Part shown: positions 7,968-16,207 of the stretch, piece after piece
Position numbering within the stretch: position 1 is the stretch's first letter
Layout of the letters: each line of letters opens with the position of its first letter
Assembly: GCF_021054785.1 (NCBI RefSeq)
Contig: NZ_CP088239.1
Coordinates: 1,710,001-1,742,000 of the forward strand
Direction of reading: 5' to 3'
Origin: Tannockella kyphosi
GTDB lineage: Bacteria; Bacillota_I; Bacilli_A; Erysipelotrichales; Coprobacillaceae
DNA: 32,000 nt
Notes under the pieces: model-generated
Told to the model about the DNA's origin: nothing
What the model saw: only the letters and a program-made list of their open reading frames with translations
The model's database searches: none
Program-made: the position numbers and the translations under genes

Positions 7968-9593
7968 CTAACGATATTTTTTTAAAGTTACTTGCATATC
8001 TTTATAGATGGCTAATAGATAGCCATCTTTGCATTTTTCTACTACTCCATAACGGAAAACTTCCTCCTTATTTAATTGATAGGTATCAATTAAATAATGC
8101 ATTGTTTCTTTCCGATTTTCTATTTTTGTTTGCCACCATTTTTTAGGTTTTACTTTAGATAATTGTAAATAATCTTCTATTAGTAGTTCTTCTACATCTA
8201 AGTTTATGGTTATACAATACTGATATAAATAATAAAATAGTTCATCATTTTGATAATGAATTGTTTTATAGTTTTGTTCTTTATAGAAGACACCTAGGTG
8301 ATAGAAGAAATAAAATGGAGAATCAATTTGTTGAATAATATAATCCATTGTTTTTTTACATTTTCCACTATTCCAATATTTTTCTAACATATCTTCTGCT
8401 AAGTGAATATCTTGGATATCTTGTTTACTTAAATCATTTCCTTCGATTAGTTCATAAGGAGCATGTTGTTGATAGTGATAACCATAAAAATCAGCTTCTT
8501 TGCGTAGATTCGTTCCTCTCAGTAGTTTTAAGAAACCTAATTGTAATTCTTTAGGATGAAAAGAAAACACATCATCAAATGATTTAGCAAATCTTTCTTT
8601 TGTTTCTAAAGGTAAACCAGCAATTAAGTCTAAATGAAGATCAATAACTTTTGCTTCTTGTAATTGAATAATAACTTCTTTTAAACGATTAAAATCTTGT
8701 CTTCTTTTTACAATTAAATTTGTTGGATCATAAGTAGATTGAATACCTATTTCATAACGAAATACTCCAGGAGTAGCATATTGATGCATATAATCAATTA
8801 TTTTTTGATCTAACACATCTCCATTAATTTCAAATTGACATTGTACATCAAGACGTTGTTTAGAAATAATATGTTTGATAATTTCTAAGGCATGGCTTGT
8901 TTTTGCATTGAAACTACGGTCTAAGAATTTAATTGTTTTTACATTGGTTGCAAAGATTAAATCTAATTGTTTTTTGATATATTCAATACTATAAAAAGTT
9001 AATCCTTTTTCTAAAGAAGATAAACAATAACTACATTGATAAGGACATCCTCTACTTGTTTCAAAATATAAGATACGATGATTCATACTATCTAAGTCTT
9101 GTTCTAATACATAAGGTGAATCAAAAGCTTCTATTACTTCTAAAGGTACTGATTCACATTGCTCATAACTACGATTTGTTTTACTACTAATACCGATTCT
9201 ATTAGGAGTTTGATTTAATTCAATACATTCTAATAAATAAGGAAAAGAAACTTCTCCTTGTCCACTAATTATATAATCTATCTCATAAGTATCTAAAAAA
9301 GGATCAATATCATAACTTACTTCAGGACCACCTAAAATAATAACAATATCCTTTCTACTTTTTAACATACTACAAATATCTTTAATATATTCTACATTCC
9401 AAATATACACACTAAAAGCAACAACATCCACATTCGCTTCCATAATACGATCCACAACATGTTGTTTTGTATCTTTAATTGTGAATTCTTGGAACTGTAC
9501 ATCATGTTTTTCTTTACTAGCCACATATAACAATCGTAATGATAACGATTTATGAATATATTTTGCGTTCAATGTTGTAATTAGTGTTTTCAT
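7968..9593 (-). CDS. B12-binding-domain radical SAM protein (DUF4080-type C-terminus)
   Basis: The radical SAM motif is RGCPYQCSYC (CX3CX2C). A Rossmann-like B12-binding region precedes it (VDVVAFSVYIWN, IILGGPE). ATG 9593 has AGGAA upstream; the track start at 9605 has none. Confidence 0.8.
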   Translation of the reverse strand: MKTLITTLNAKYIHKSLSLRLLYVASKEKHDVQFQEFTIKDTKQHVVDRIMEANVDVVAFSVYIWNVEYIKDICSMLKSRKDIVIILGGPEVSYDIDPFLDTYEIDYIISGQGEVSFPYLLECIELNQTPNRIGISSKTNRSYEQCESVPLEVIEAFDSPYVLEQDLDSMNHRILYFETSRGCPYQCSYCLSSLEKGLTFYSIEYIKKQLDLIFATNVKTIKFLDRSFNAKTSHALEIIKHIISKQRLDVQCQFEINGDVLDQKIIDYMHQYATPGVFRYEIGIQSTYDPTNLIVKRRQDFNRLKEVIIQLQEAKVIDLHLDLIAGLPLETKERFAKSFDDVFSFHPKELQLGFLKLLRGTNLRKEADFYGYHYQQHAPYELIEGNDLSKQDIQDIHLAEDMLEKYWNSGKCKKTMDYIIQQIDSPFYFFYHLGVFYKEQNYKTIHYQNDELFYYLYQYCITINLDVEELLIEDYLQLSKVKPKKWWQTKIENRKETMHYLIDTYQLNKEEVFRYGVVEKCKDGYLLAIYKDMQVTLKKYR

Positions 9594-9606
9594 AACTTTC
9601 CTCATG

Positions 9607-9638
9607 AAAATAATCTAGAGTTTTCTCTAGATTATTTT
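9607..9638 (-). terminator. Hairpin/terminator between the VanY-like gene and the radical SAM gene
   Basis: The 14-bp perfect stem AAAATAATCTAGAG/CTCTAGATTATTTT has a 4-nt loop. It overlaps the stop codon of the upstream gene. Confidence 0.5.
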
Positions 9639-10897
9639 TCTGTTACTTCTGGAATAATATAATTTTCTAAACAATATTCTTCAAAAGTAACTCCTTCTTC
9701 ATAAATTTCTGTTGCTACCTCTACTCCTACATAACGTAAATGCCATGGTTCATGAGAAATACCTGTAATATCAGCAAAATCTTCATCAAAACGGACAATA
9801 AATCCATATTTATAAGAATTTTCTAATACCCATTGATATTCTTCTGTATCACCAAAAACCATACGTTCTCCATCAATTACACTTTGTGATGTTAAATCAA
9901 TTCCTAATCCTGTTTGATGTTCACTAGCCCCTGGTACTGCTACATATTCTGCAGCATATAATCCACCATAAGTATCTTCTCTATCTTGATAAATAGCAGC
10001 TTGATCTTCATAAGAACGATAAGCACTATTTAATACTAAATAATATCCTTCACTTGCTGCATCATCTACCATTTCTTCTAAATCACTAACCGCAACTTCT
10101 CTGACATAATAATTTTCACAATCATCCGCAATAGGAATATCTGGTATTACTAAATCACTTGGTTCATAACTAGCGGCTAAATAGAATCCTTTTTTTACTA
10201 AATTCAAAATGTTATCTGGATCAGTTAACGTATATTCTTGCATTCCACTTTCATAATTATAAGAAAAAATAAATGGATAATTAACGATAGCTACTGTATA
10301 TTCACTACTTTCATATACATCCGCTAAATCAATATAATCTTGTAAGTTTTGAATAACATATCCTTCAATAGAACGATATTCTGCTGTTTGTTTGGCAGTT
10401 AAATTATTATCGATTATATATTCTAAATCTTTAATCGAAGCTCCATAAACTAACATATCCCATACATCTTGGTCATCATATCCTAATCCATCTAAATCAA
10501 TCATCTTATCTTGATATACTTCATCAATAAACGCTACTACTTCTTCTTTTTCTAATTCACTATTATCAACATAATAGTTTTGATACTCATCATAAGAATC
10601 AATATACTCACTTGATTCTAACCAAGTACTAATATCTTCTAAATAATCATAAGATAAAATTAATTGTGCTTCTTCTTTTTCTAAAGATAAAATATCACTT
10701 GTTTGTCCAAATGAATATCCTTTTACTAACAATTGAATTCTTGTTAAGTTTAAAAATATAACTCCTGCTATCACAAAAATTGTTAAAATCGCAATAACCA
10801 CACCAATACGATCAAATCGAAATCTATTTCTTCTACCATAACTACTACTATAATTACTACTATAATAATAACTATTTTTCTTTTTAAATAATCCCAT
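9632..10897 (-). CDS. Membrane-anchored D-alanyl-D-alanine carboxypeptidase family protein (peptidase M15B, VanY-like)
   Basis: The N-terminal TM segment is IGVVIAILTIFVIAGVIFL. The M15 motifs are SAYRSYEDQ, GASEHQTGLGIDL and EPWHLRYVG. Confidence 0.8.
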   Translation of the reverse strand: MGLFKKKNSYYYSSNYSSSYGRRNRFRFDRIGVVIAILTIFVIAGVIFLNLTRIQLLVKGYSFGQTSDILSLEKEEAQLILSYDYLEDISTWLESSEYIDSYDEYQNYYVDNSELEKEEVVAFIDEVYQDKMIDLDGLGYDDQDVWDMLVYGASIKDLEYIIDNNLTAKQTAEYRSIEGYVIQNLQDYIDLADVYESSEYTVAIVNYPFIFSYNYESGMQEYTLTDPDNILNLVKKGFYLAASYEPSDLVIPDIPIADDCENYYVREVAVSDLEEMVDDAASEGYYLVLNSAYRSYEDQAAIYQDREDTYGGLYAAEYVAVPGASEHQTGLGIDLTSQSVIDGERMVFGDTEEYQWVLENSYKYGFIVRFDEDFADITGISHEPWHLRYVGVEVATEIYEEGVTFEEYCLENYIIPEVTEK

Positions 10898-10921
10898 TAT
10901 AATACCTCTTTTCTATCTATG

Positions 10922-11476
10922 TTATTTCCCTTTATTGTTTAAATAATCATTTTTTCCAAATTCATACTGATCATTTCCATCACTATCAAACAATACTACT
11001 AAAGGCATGTCTTCTATTTCTAAACAACGTATTGCCTCTGGTCCTAAATCTTCAAACGCTACAACTGTAGCAGACTTCACACAAGAAGAAATAATAGCTC
11101 CAGCTCCACCAATAGCACCTAGATATACTCCAGTATGTTCTTGAATTGCTTTTTTCACTTCTTCATTACGATAACCTTTTCCAATCATAGCACGCATCCC
11201 TAAACTAATAAACAATGGTGCATAAGCATCCATTCTACCAGATGTTGTTGGTCCACCACTACCAAAGACTTCTCCTGGTTTACTAGGAGTTGGGCCAACA
11301 TAATAAATAACTTGATCTTCTAAATCAATAGGTAAATCTAATCCTTGATCATACAATTCTTTTAATCTTTTATGAGCACTATCACGCCCTGTATAAATAG
11401 TTCCACTTAAATAAATAGTTTGCCCTGCTTTTAAGTTTTTTATTTTTTCTTTTGTAAGAGGTGTTTGTATTTTCAT
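10922..11476 (-). CDS. Fe-S hydro-lyase beta subunit (class I fumarate hydratase / L(+)-tartrate dehydratase family)
   Basis: Recognised from LSGTIYTGRDSAHKRL and GPTTSGRMD. The start codon overlaps the alpha-subunit stop by 1 nt (TAATG). Confidence 0.85.
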   Translation of the reverse strand: MKIQTPLTKEKIKNLKAGQTIYLSGTIYTGRDSAHKRLKELYDQGLDLPIDLEDQVIYYVGPTPSKPGEVFGSGGPTTSGRMDAYAPLFISLGMRAMIGKGYRNEEVKKAIQEHTGVYLGAIGGAGAIISSCVKSATVVAFEDLGPEAIRCLEIEDMPLVVLFDSDGNDQYEFGKNDYLNNKGK

Positions 11477-12321
11477 TATAAAGATACCTCCGTATGTCTA
11501 GCCACATGGCAACAAATACTTACTGCTACTGGCATTCCTGCAATATGAGTTGGAAATGTTTCAATATGCAGTGCTAACGCTGTTGTCTTACCACCATAAC
11601 CTGCTGGTCCAATTCCCATTCCATTAATAGCTTCTAACCATTGTTTTTCTAACAATGCATAACGTTCATCAGGGTGATTGGATCCAATGGTACGAATCAT
11701 TGCCTTTTTAGCTAATTGAGTTACTTTATCAAAAGTACCTCCAATCCCAACACCAATCACCATCGGTGGACAAGCATTCGGCCCAGCACTTTTCACAACA
11801 TCATAAACAAAAGCCTGGATTCCTTCAATCCCATCACTTGGTTTACACATCTTAACCTGTGACATATTTTCAGAACCAAAACCTTTGGGAACAACTTGAA
11901 TATCAAATCTTTCCCCTTCCACCAACGTATAATGAATAACAGCAGGTGTATTATCAAATGTATTCTTTCGATCAAAAACAGGATCACTTACAATTGACTT
12001 ACGTAAATATCCCTCTTCATATCCTTCTCGAACTCCTTGTTGGATTGCTTGTTCCAAACTTCCACCAACAATATGAACTTCTTGTCCGATTGTTATATAG
12101 ATAGTAACCATCCCAGTATCTTGGCAGATAGGCATCCTTTTTTCTTTTGCAAGCGTTGCATTATCTATTAATACTTGCAGTGTATCTTTGGCTAATGAAT
12201 AATCTTCAGCTTGATGAAAAGCTGTGATTCTTTGTTGTAAATCACTAGGCAAATGACAGTTTGCTTGAATACACATATCTTTGATAGTTGTTGTAATCAA
12301 TTGACAATTTATTTCTCTCAT
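11476..12321 (-). CDS. Fe-S hydro-lyase alpha subunit (class I fumarate hydratase / tartrate dehydratase family)
   Basis: PICQDTGMV and VSICCH supply cluster-ligand cysteines. The 281-aa length fits an N-terminal catalytic domain. Confidence 0.85.
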   Translation of the reverse strand: MREINCQLITTTIKDMCIQANCHLPSDLQQRITAFHQAEDYSLAKDTLQVLIDNATLAKEKRMPICQDTGMVTIYITIGQEVHIVGGSLEQAIQQGVREGYEEGYLRKSIVSDPVFDRKNTFDNTPAVIHYTLVEGERFDIQVVPKGFGSENMSQVKMCKPSDGIEGIQAFVYDVVKSAGPNACPPMVIGVGIGGTFDKVTQLAKKAMIRTIGSNHPDERYALLEKQWLEAINGMGIGPAGYGGKTTALALHIETFPTHIAGMPVAVSICCHVARHTEVSL

Positions 12322-12330
12322 AGTTACTCC

Positions 12331-13164
12331 TTATGTCGTATAGTTATCATCATCCAAGCGATCTTTGATGCTTGGATAGTATAATGCATAATAACGTAAT
12401 GATAGTAATTCCATAGCCATTAATAAAGTATGTTTTCCCATCTTACGATTTTTTCTTGATCCTATTAATAATGTATAATCCACTGGTATTCCTAAATCAA
12501 CATTCTCATTACTTGTAATTAAAATGATTTTAGCATTTGATTTCTTTAAATGTTGTAAAATTTTACTAGAAGCATTTGTATAATAACCATTTACTGTAAT
12601 CACCACAGCAATACTATCTTCTGTTAAATTCTTTGCACATTCCAATTGACGTTCTGGTTCCATATGCGCCAATGTAAACTTCTCTAACATCAATAAATCT
12701 GTTTGTAAGTGTAAAGCTGCAGAATGTGAAAATTGAGTTCCAAAAAAAGCAATATTTTCATGATCATGAATTGCTTCTAAAATGCGATCAGCCACATTCC
12801 AATCAAAATAACGAGACATATCTTGCATGCACTCCGCTACTTTTTTAGCATATTGATTGGTTGTTTCTAACGGATTTTCTTTCATTAGATCAAAAGGCAT
12901 ATCAATTAAATTATTGAACTTTTTCGATTGTGAAGAAAAAGTATAACATTCTTGCTTTAAATGAGCAAAATTTTCATATCCTAAAGAACGACAAAAACGT
13001 GAAATAGTAGCAGCAGAAACATAACATTCTTGTGCTAACTGACTAATCCCCATGGTAGATACTTTTTGAAAATTATGAGCCATATACCATGCAATTGCAT
13101 AATTTGTATCCAATTCACTAGTAGTATCTAAAAATATAATTAAACGATAAAATAAACTTTTCAT
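12331..13164 (-). CDS. MurR/RpiR-family transcriptional regulator (HTH + SIS domain)
   Basis: The HTH reads ISQLAQECYVSAATISRFCRSLGYENF, followed by a SIS-like C-terminal half. An RBS (GGGAGGG) is present. Confidence 0.85.
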   Translation of the reverse strand: MKSLFYRLIIFLDTTSELDTNYAIAWYMAHNFQKVSTMGISQLAQECYVSAATISRFCRSLGYENFAHLKQECYTFSSQSKKFNNLIDMPFDLMKENPLETTNQYAKKVAECMQDMSRYFDWNVADRILEAIHDHENIAFFGTQFSHSAALHLQTDLLMLEKFTLAHMEPERQLECAKNLTEDSIAVVITVNGYYTNASSKILQHLKKSNAKIILITSNENVDLGIPVDYTLLIGSRKNRKMGKHTLLMAMELLSLRYYALYYPSIKDRLDDDNYTT

Positions 13165-13370
13165 TTTTGTCCCTCCCTCGTAAGATTATACACTAATTTA
13201 TAATTATTGAAAACTATGAATAATCACATATTTTACATCAATTAAGACAAAGTACTGCGTTATTTTTTAACTATACTATAGCTGTAGTTTAAAAACTACT
13301 CTTATCTCTATAAACCAATTGTAACCTTCCTAAATCTTCATCTCTCTCCTACGATTTAAGATTGGTTACA

Positions 13371-13394
13371 AACAGCACTCACAAGAGTGCTGTT
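13371..13394. terminator. Bidirectional-looking hairpin after the dipeptidase gene
   Basis: AACAGCACTC-ACAA-GAGTGCTGTT is a perfect 10-bp stem. It is flanked by an A-rich stretch on one side and a T-run on the other. Confidence 0.5.
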
Positions 13395-13399
13395 TTTCT

Positions 13400-14344
13400 T
13401 TATAAAAATTGTTGATATACACGTAAAACATTTTTAGAAGTTATCTTATCAATATCTTCTTCACTAAAACCAGCTTCTTTTAAAGCATCTAACAACAAGT
13501 ACATATATCCTGCATTACGCAATTCTAATTTACCTTCAATTCCATCAAAATCACTACCTAGTCCAATTACATCTATGCTTCCAATATCTCGAATATATTG
13601 AATATGTTTTACCATATCCTCTACCCTACTATTCATTTGATCTTTTTGTAAAAAAGGTCCATAAAAATTAATACCGATAACCCCACCACGTTGATCAATA
13701 CAACGAATTTGTTCATCTGTTAAATTTCTAGAAACATCACAAACACTTCTTGCATTACTATGACTTGCAACAATTGGTTTTGTTGTATATTTAAAAACAT
13801 CTTTAAAACCAGCATCACTTAAATGAGAAACATCAATCATCATACCAAGTCTTTCCATTTCTTTTATATAAGCAATACCAAACTCTGTTAACCCTAAATC
13901 TTTTTCATAACAACCAGGATATCCAATACTATTTGGATGATTCCAAGTTAATGCAATCATACGAACACCTAATTCATAATATTCTTCTAATGTATCAATT
14001 GAATCAAAAACAACATCACCTTCTTCTAAAGTTAATAAAGCACCTACTTTCCCTTCTTCCTTACACTTCTCAATATCTTGATAAGTGTAAATAGGTTGAA
14101 TAAATTCTTTATGACGTTCCATTTCTTCATAAAAACAGGCAATGGATCCATTAACATGATCATAACGATCAGATACTTCTTTTAAATCAGTAAAGATTGC
14201 AAAATTTTGAATTAAATAATTTGATTTATATAATTTTTTAATATCAATATGATACTTATTTTGATATAAACTATTTGCTATTCCATTACGGTAATCATAA
14301 AATAATTTCCATATCGTATCACAATGCATATCAACAATAAACAT
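13400..14344 (-). CDS. Membrane-type dipeptidase (peptidase M19)
   Basis: Recognised from the N-terminal VDMHCDT, then IDVSHLS, ASHSNAR and GLGSDFDG, which are metal-ligand motifs of the family. Confidence 0.85.
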   Translation of the reverse strand: MFIVDMHCDTIWKLFYDYRNGIANSLYQNKYHIDIKKLYKSNYLIQNFAIFTDLKEVSDRYDHVNGSIACFYEEMERHKEFIQPIYTYQDIEKCKEEGKVGALLTLEEGDVVFDSIDTLEEYYELGVRMIALTWNHPNSIGYPGCYEKDLGLTEFGIAYIKEMERLGMMIDVSHLSDAGFKDVFKYTTKPIVASHSNARSVCDVSRNLTDEQIRCIDQRGGVIGINFYGPFLQKDQMNSRVEDMVKHIQYIRDIGSIDVIGLGSDFDGIEGKLELRNAGYMYLLLDALKEAGFSEEDIDKITSKNVLRVYQQFL

Positions 14345-14345
14345 C

Positions 14346-14579
14346 TTATAGTACCATACCTTGATACATTGATGTATCTGCTTTTGCTTTTTCTAACCAT
14401 TCTTTTGCTTCTATCATTGCTTCATCTTCTTTATCACCTTCAATAATACCAATACACACTAAATGATAAACATCATAAATACTTTGCCACATAGCATCTA
14501 AATCATCACTTCCTTTATCTGCTTGTTCACTTTCTAAATATAATTCTAAACTTCTTCCTTCTTCAATTAACTTTTCCAT
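14346..14579 (-). CDS. Small acidic hypothetical protein (77 aa)
   Basis: AAGGAG lies 8 nt upstream of the ATG. The stop codon lies 1 nt from the dipeptidase start, suggesting translational coupling. No domain was recognised. Confidence 0.5.
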   Translation of the reverse strand: MEKLIEEGRSLELYLESEQADKGSDDLDAMWQSIYDVYHLVCIGIIEGDKEDEAMIEAKEWLEKAKADTSMYQGMVL

Positions 14580-14638
14580 CTATATTCTCCTTGCAAAATA
14601 ATTAAACTAATTATATCATGATAGTAGGAGGACATACA

Positions 14639-14875
14639 ATGAAATCAATGAGTACTTTCGATGTATTAGATATAAATAATTTATTTAAACAACAAAACAT
14701 AGACTATATTTTAAAATTAAAAGATGCTTGTGGTAGTCAATCACTTACTTTAGTTTGTACTGGTAAAGAAATAGAGATAGGGGAATTATGCGATATAATC
14801 AATACTTTTTTAAAACCTAAATTTATTCAAATAAAACCAAGTTCTATAAACCCTTATAATCTAATTATTTTCTAG
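14639..14875 (+). CDS. Small hypothetical protein (78 aa)
   Basis: AGGAGG lies 7 nt upstream of ATG 14639. A TTGCAA-N17-TATCAT promoter lies at 14591-14619. No domain was recognised. Confidence 0.45.
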   Translation: MKSMSTFDVLDINNLFKQQNIDYILKLKDACGSQSLTLVCTGKEIEIGELCDIINTFLKPKFIQIKPSSINPYNLIIF

Positions 14876-14894
14876 AAAAAAAATTAAATAATAC

Positions 14895-14923
14895 TTGCAT
14901 TGGTTTATTATTAGTGCTATTAT
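14895..14923 (+). promoter_or_regulatory. Sigma-A-type promoter of the tRNA operon
   Basis: It reads TTGCAT-N17-TATTAT and lies about 22 bp upstream of the first tRNA. Confidence 0.6.
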
Positions 14924-14945
14924 ATTTAAGCATTCACATTGCAAT

Positions 14946-15021
14946 GCTTGAGTAGCTCAGTTGGTAGAGCAATCGGCTGTTAACCGATCGGTCGCAGGTT
15001 CGAGTCCTGCCTCAAGCGCCA
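14946..15021 (+). tRNA. tRNA-Asn (GTT), CCA encoded
   Basis: The acceptor stem is GCTTGAG/CTCAAGC. The D arm is TAGCTCAGTTGGTAGAGC, the anticodon loop is CTGTTAA and the T arm is GCAGGTTCGAGTCCTGC. Confidence 0.93.
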
Positions 15022-15024
15022 TGT

Positions 15025-15100
15025 GGCTCGTTGGAGAAACGGTTAACTCACTTGCCTTTCACGCAAGCATTCACGGGTTCGAATCCCGTACGAGTCACCA
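15025..15100 (+). tRNA. tRNA-Glu (TTC), CCA encoded
   Basis: The acceptor stem is GGCTCGT/ACGAGTC. The anticodon loop is CTTTCAC and the T arm is ACGGGTTCGAATCCCGT. Confidence 0.92.
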
Positions 15101-15103
15101 TAT

Positions 15104-15179
15104 GGAGGTTTAGCTCAGTTGGGAGAGCATCTGCCTTACAAGCAGAGGGTCAGCGGTTCGAGCCCGTTAACCTCCACCA
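15104..15179 (+). tRNA. tRNA-Val (TAC), CCA encoded
   Basis: The acceptor stem is GGAGGTT/AACCTCC. The anticodon loop is CTTACAA and the T arm is AGCGGTTCGAGCCCGTT. Confidence 0.92.
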
Positions 15180-15199
15180 TTTTATTTGTTTGTTTGCTT

Positions 15200-15275
<76 letters not shown>

Positions 15276-15281
15276 TTTTTT

Positions 15282-15357
15282 GACCTGCTAGCTCAGTTGG
15301 TAGAGCATCTGACTTTTAATCAGAGGGTCAGGCGTTCGAGTCGCCTGCGGGTCACCA
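15282..15357 (+). tRNA. tRNA-Lys (TTT), CCA encoded
   Basis: The acceptor stem is GACCTGC/GCGGGTC (one G-U pair). The anticodon loop is CTTTTAA and the T arm is AGGCGTTCGAGTCGCCT. Confidence 0.92.
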
Positions 15358-15379
15358 TTTTAATTTATTTTTTTCATAT

Positions 15380-15463
15380 GCGGGTGTGGCGGAACTGGCA
15401 GACGCACTAGACTTAGGATCTAGCGCCTTTGGCGTGCAGGTTCGATTCCTGTCACCCGCACCA
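15380..15463 (+). tRNA. tRNA-Leu (TAG), long variable arm, CCA encoded
   Basis: The acceptor stem is GCGGGTG/CACCCGC. The anticodon loop is CTTAGGA, the variable arm is GCGCCTTTGGCGT, and the length is 84 nt. Confidence 0.92.
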
Positions 15464-15476
15464 TTTGAAAATGCAG

Positions 15477-15500
15477 AACTAGCTTAGGCTAGTTTTTTTA
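15477..15500 (+). terminator. Rho-independent terminator of the tRNA operon
   Basis: AACTAGC-TTAG-GCTAGTT is followed by TTTTTT. Confidence 0.7.
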
Positions 15501-15513
15501 TTTGTTCATATTA

Positions 15514-15555
15514 TTTACTTTTTATTATAAAGAAGAGTATACTTTGTATATACAA
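15514..15555 (+). promoter_or_regulatory. Promoter (TTTACT-N18-TATACT) plus perfect 12-bp palindrome TTGTATATACAA
   Basis: The palindrome (15544-15555) starts 1 nt after the -10 hexamer and lies 22 bp upstream of the rubredoxin-operon start, so it is in an operator-like position. Confidence 0.35.
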
Positions 15556-15576
15556 TATAAGAAGGAGAATACGAAA

Positions 15577-16206
15577 ATGGAGAAATGGAAATGTTCCATA
15601 TGTGGATATATCCACGATGAACAAGAAAATGGTTTATTCAAAGAATTACCTGATGAATATGTTTGTCCTTTATGCAAAGCTGAAAAATCAGCGTTTGTCT
15701 TAGTAGGAGAAACTGTTATCAAAAAAGAAACAAACACGAATATTTTATTAAAAGAGTTTTATGAATTTACGAACCTAGAAAAAAGTATCCTTTGTTCAAA
15801 TCTAGCAAGAGGATGTCAAAAACAATACTTAGAAAGAGAAGCATCTTTATTTACTCAACTGGCCAATTATTTTCATTCAAATAAAGAAAATGCAATATCT
15901 AATGATTTCGTTAATTTAGTTAGCTTAAATAAATTTGATATAGACTCACTTATCCCAACTATTGAAGCCGTTAGTACCAAACATAATGACCGTGGTGCTC
16001 TCCGTGCTTTAGCATGGAATCAAAAAGTATCCATGATTTCTTATCAAATAATGGAGAACTACAAAAAAGACAAAACCTTAGAAAATCAAAGAATTCATGT
16101 TTGTACTATTTGTGGATTTATTTATATTGGTGATTCTTTGCCAGAATTATGTCCGATATGCAAAGTACCAAACTATAAGTTTGAAGAAATCAAAGGAGGT
16201 CTATAA
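15577..16206 (+). CDS. Rubredoxin / rubrerythrin-like helical domain / rubredoxin fusion protein (209 aa)
   Basis: The N-terminal rubredoxin reads WKCSICGYIHDE...YVCPLCKAEKSAF. The C-terminal rubrerythrin-type rubredoxin reads HVCTICGFIYIGDSLPELCPICKVPNYKFEEI. AAGGAG lies upstream of ATG 15577; the track start at 15502 has no RBS. Confidence 0.75.
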   Translation: MEKWKCSICGYIHDEQENGLFKELPDEYVCPLCKAEKSAFVLVGETVIKKETNTNILLKEFYEFTNLEKSILCSNLARGCQKQYLEREASLFTQLANYFHSNKENAISNDFVNLVSLNKFDIDSLIPTIEAVSTKHNDRGALRALAWNQKVSMISYQIMENYKKDKTLENQRIHVCTICGFIYIGDSLPELCPICKVPNYKFEEIKGGL

Positions 16207-16207
16207 A

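Noticed and set aside
13165-13399. The long 235-bp intergenic region, with nested inverted repeats (TTGTAACC at 13319 / GGTTACAA at 13364, and AATCTT / AAGATT inside them), as a possible sRNA or riboswitch
   Set aside because: The pairing is short, AT-rich and interrupted. I see no promoter/terminator pair that would define an sRNA. The region must also hold the RpiR-operon promoter. The evidence is insufficient to call a feature.
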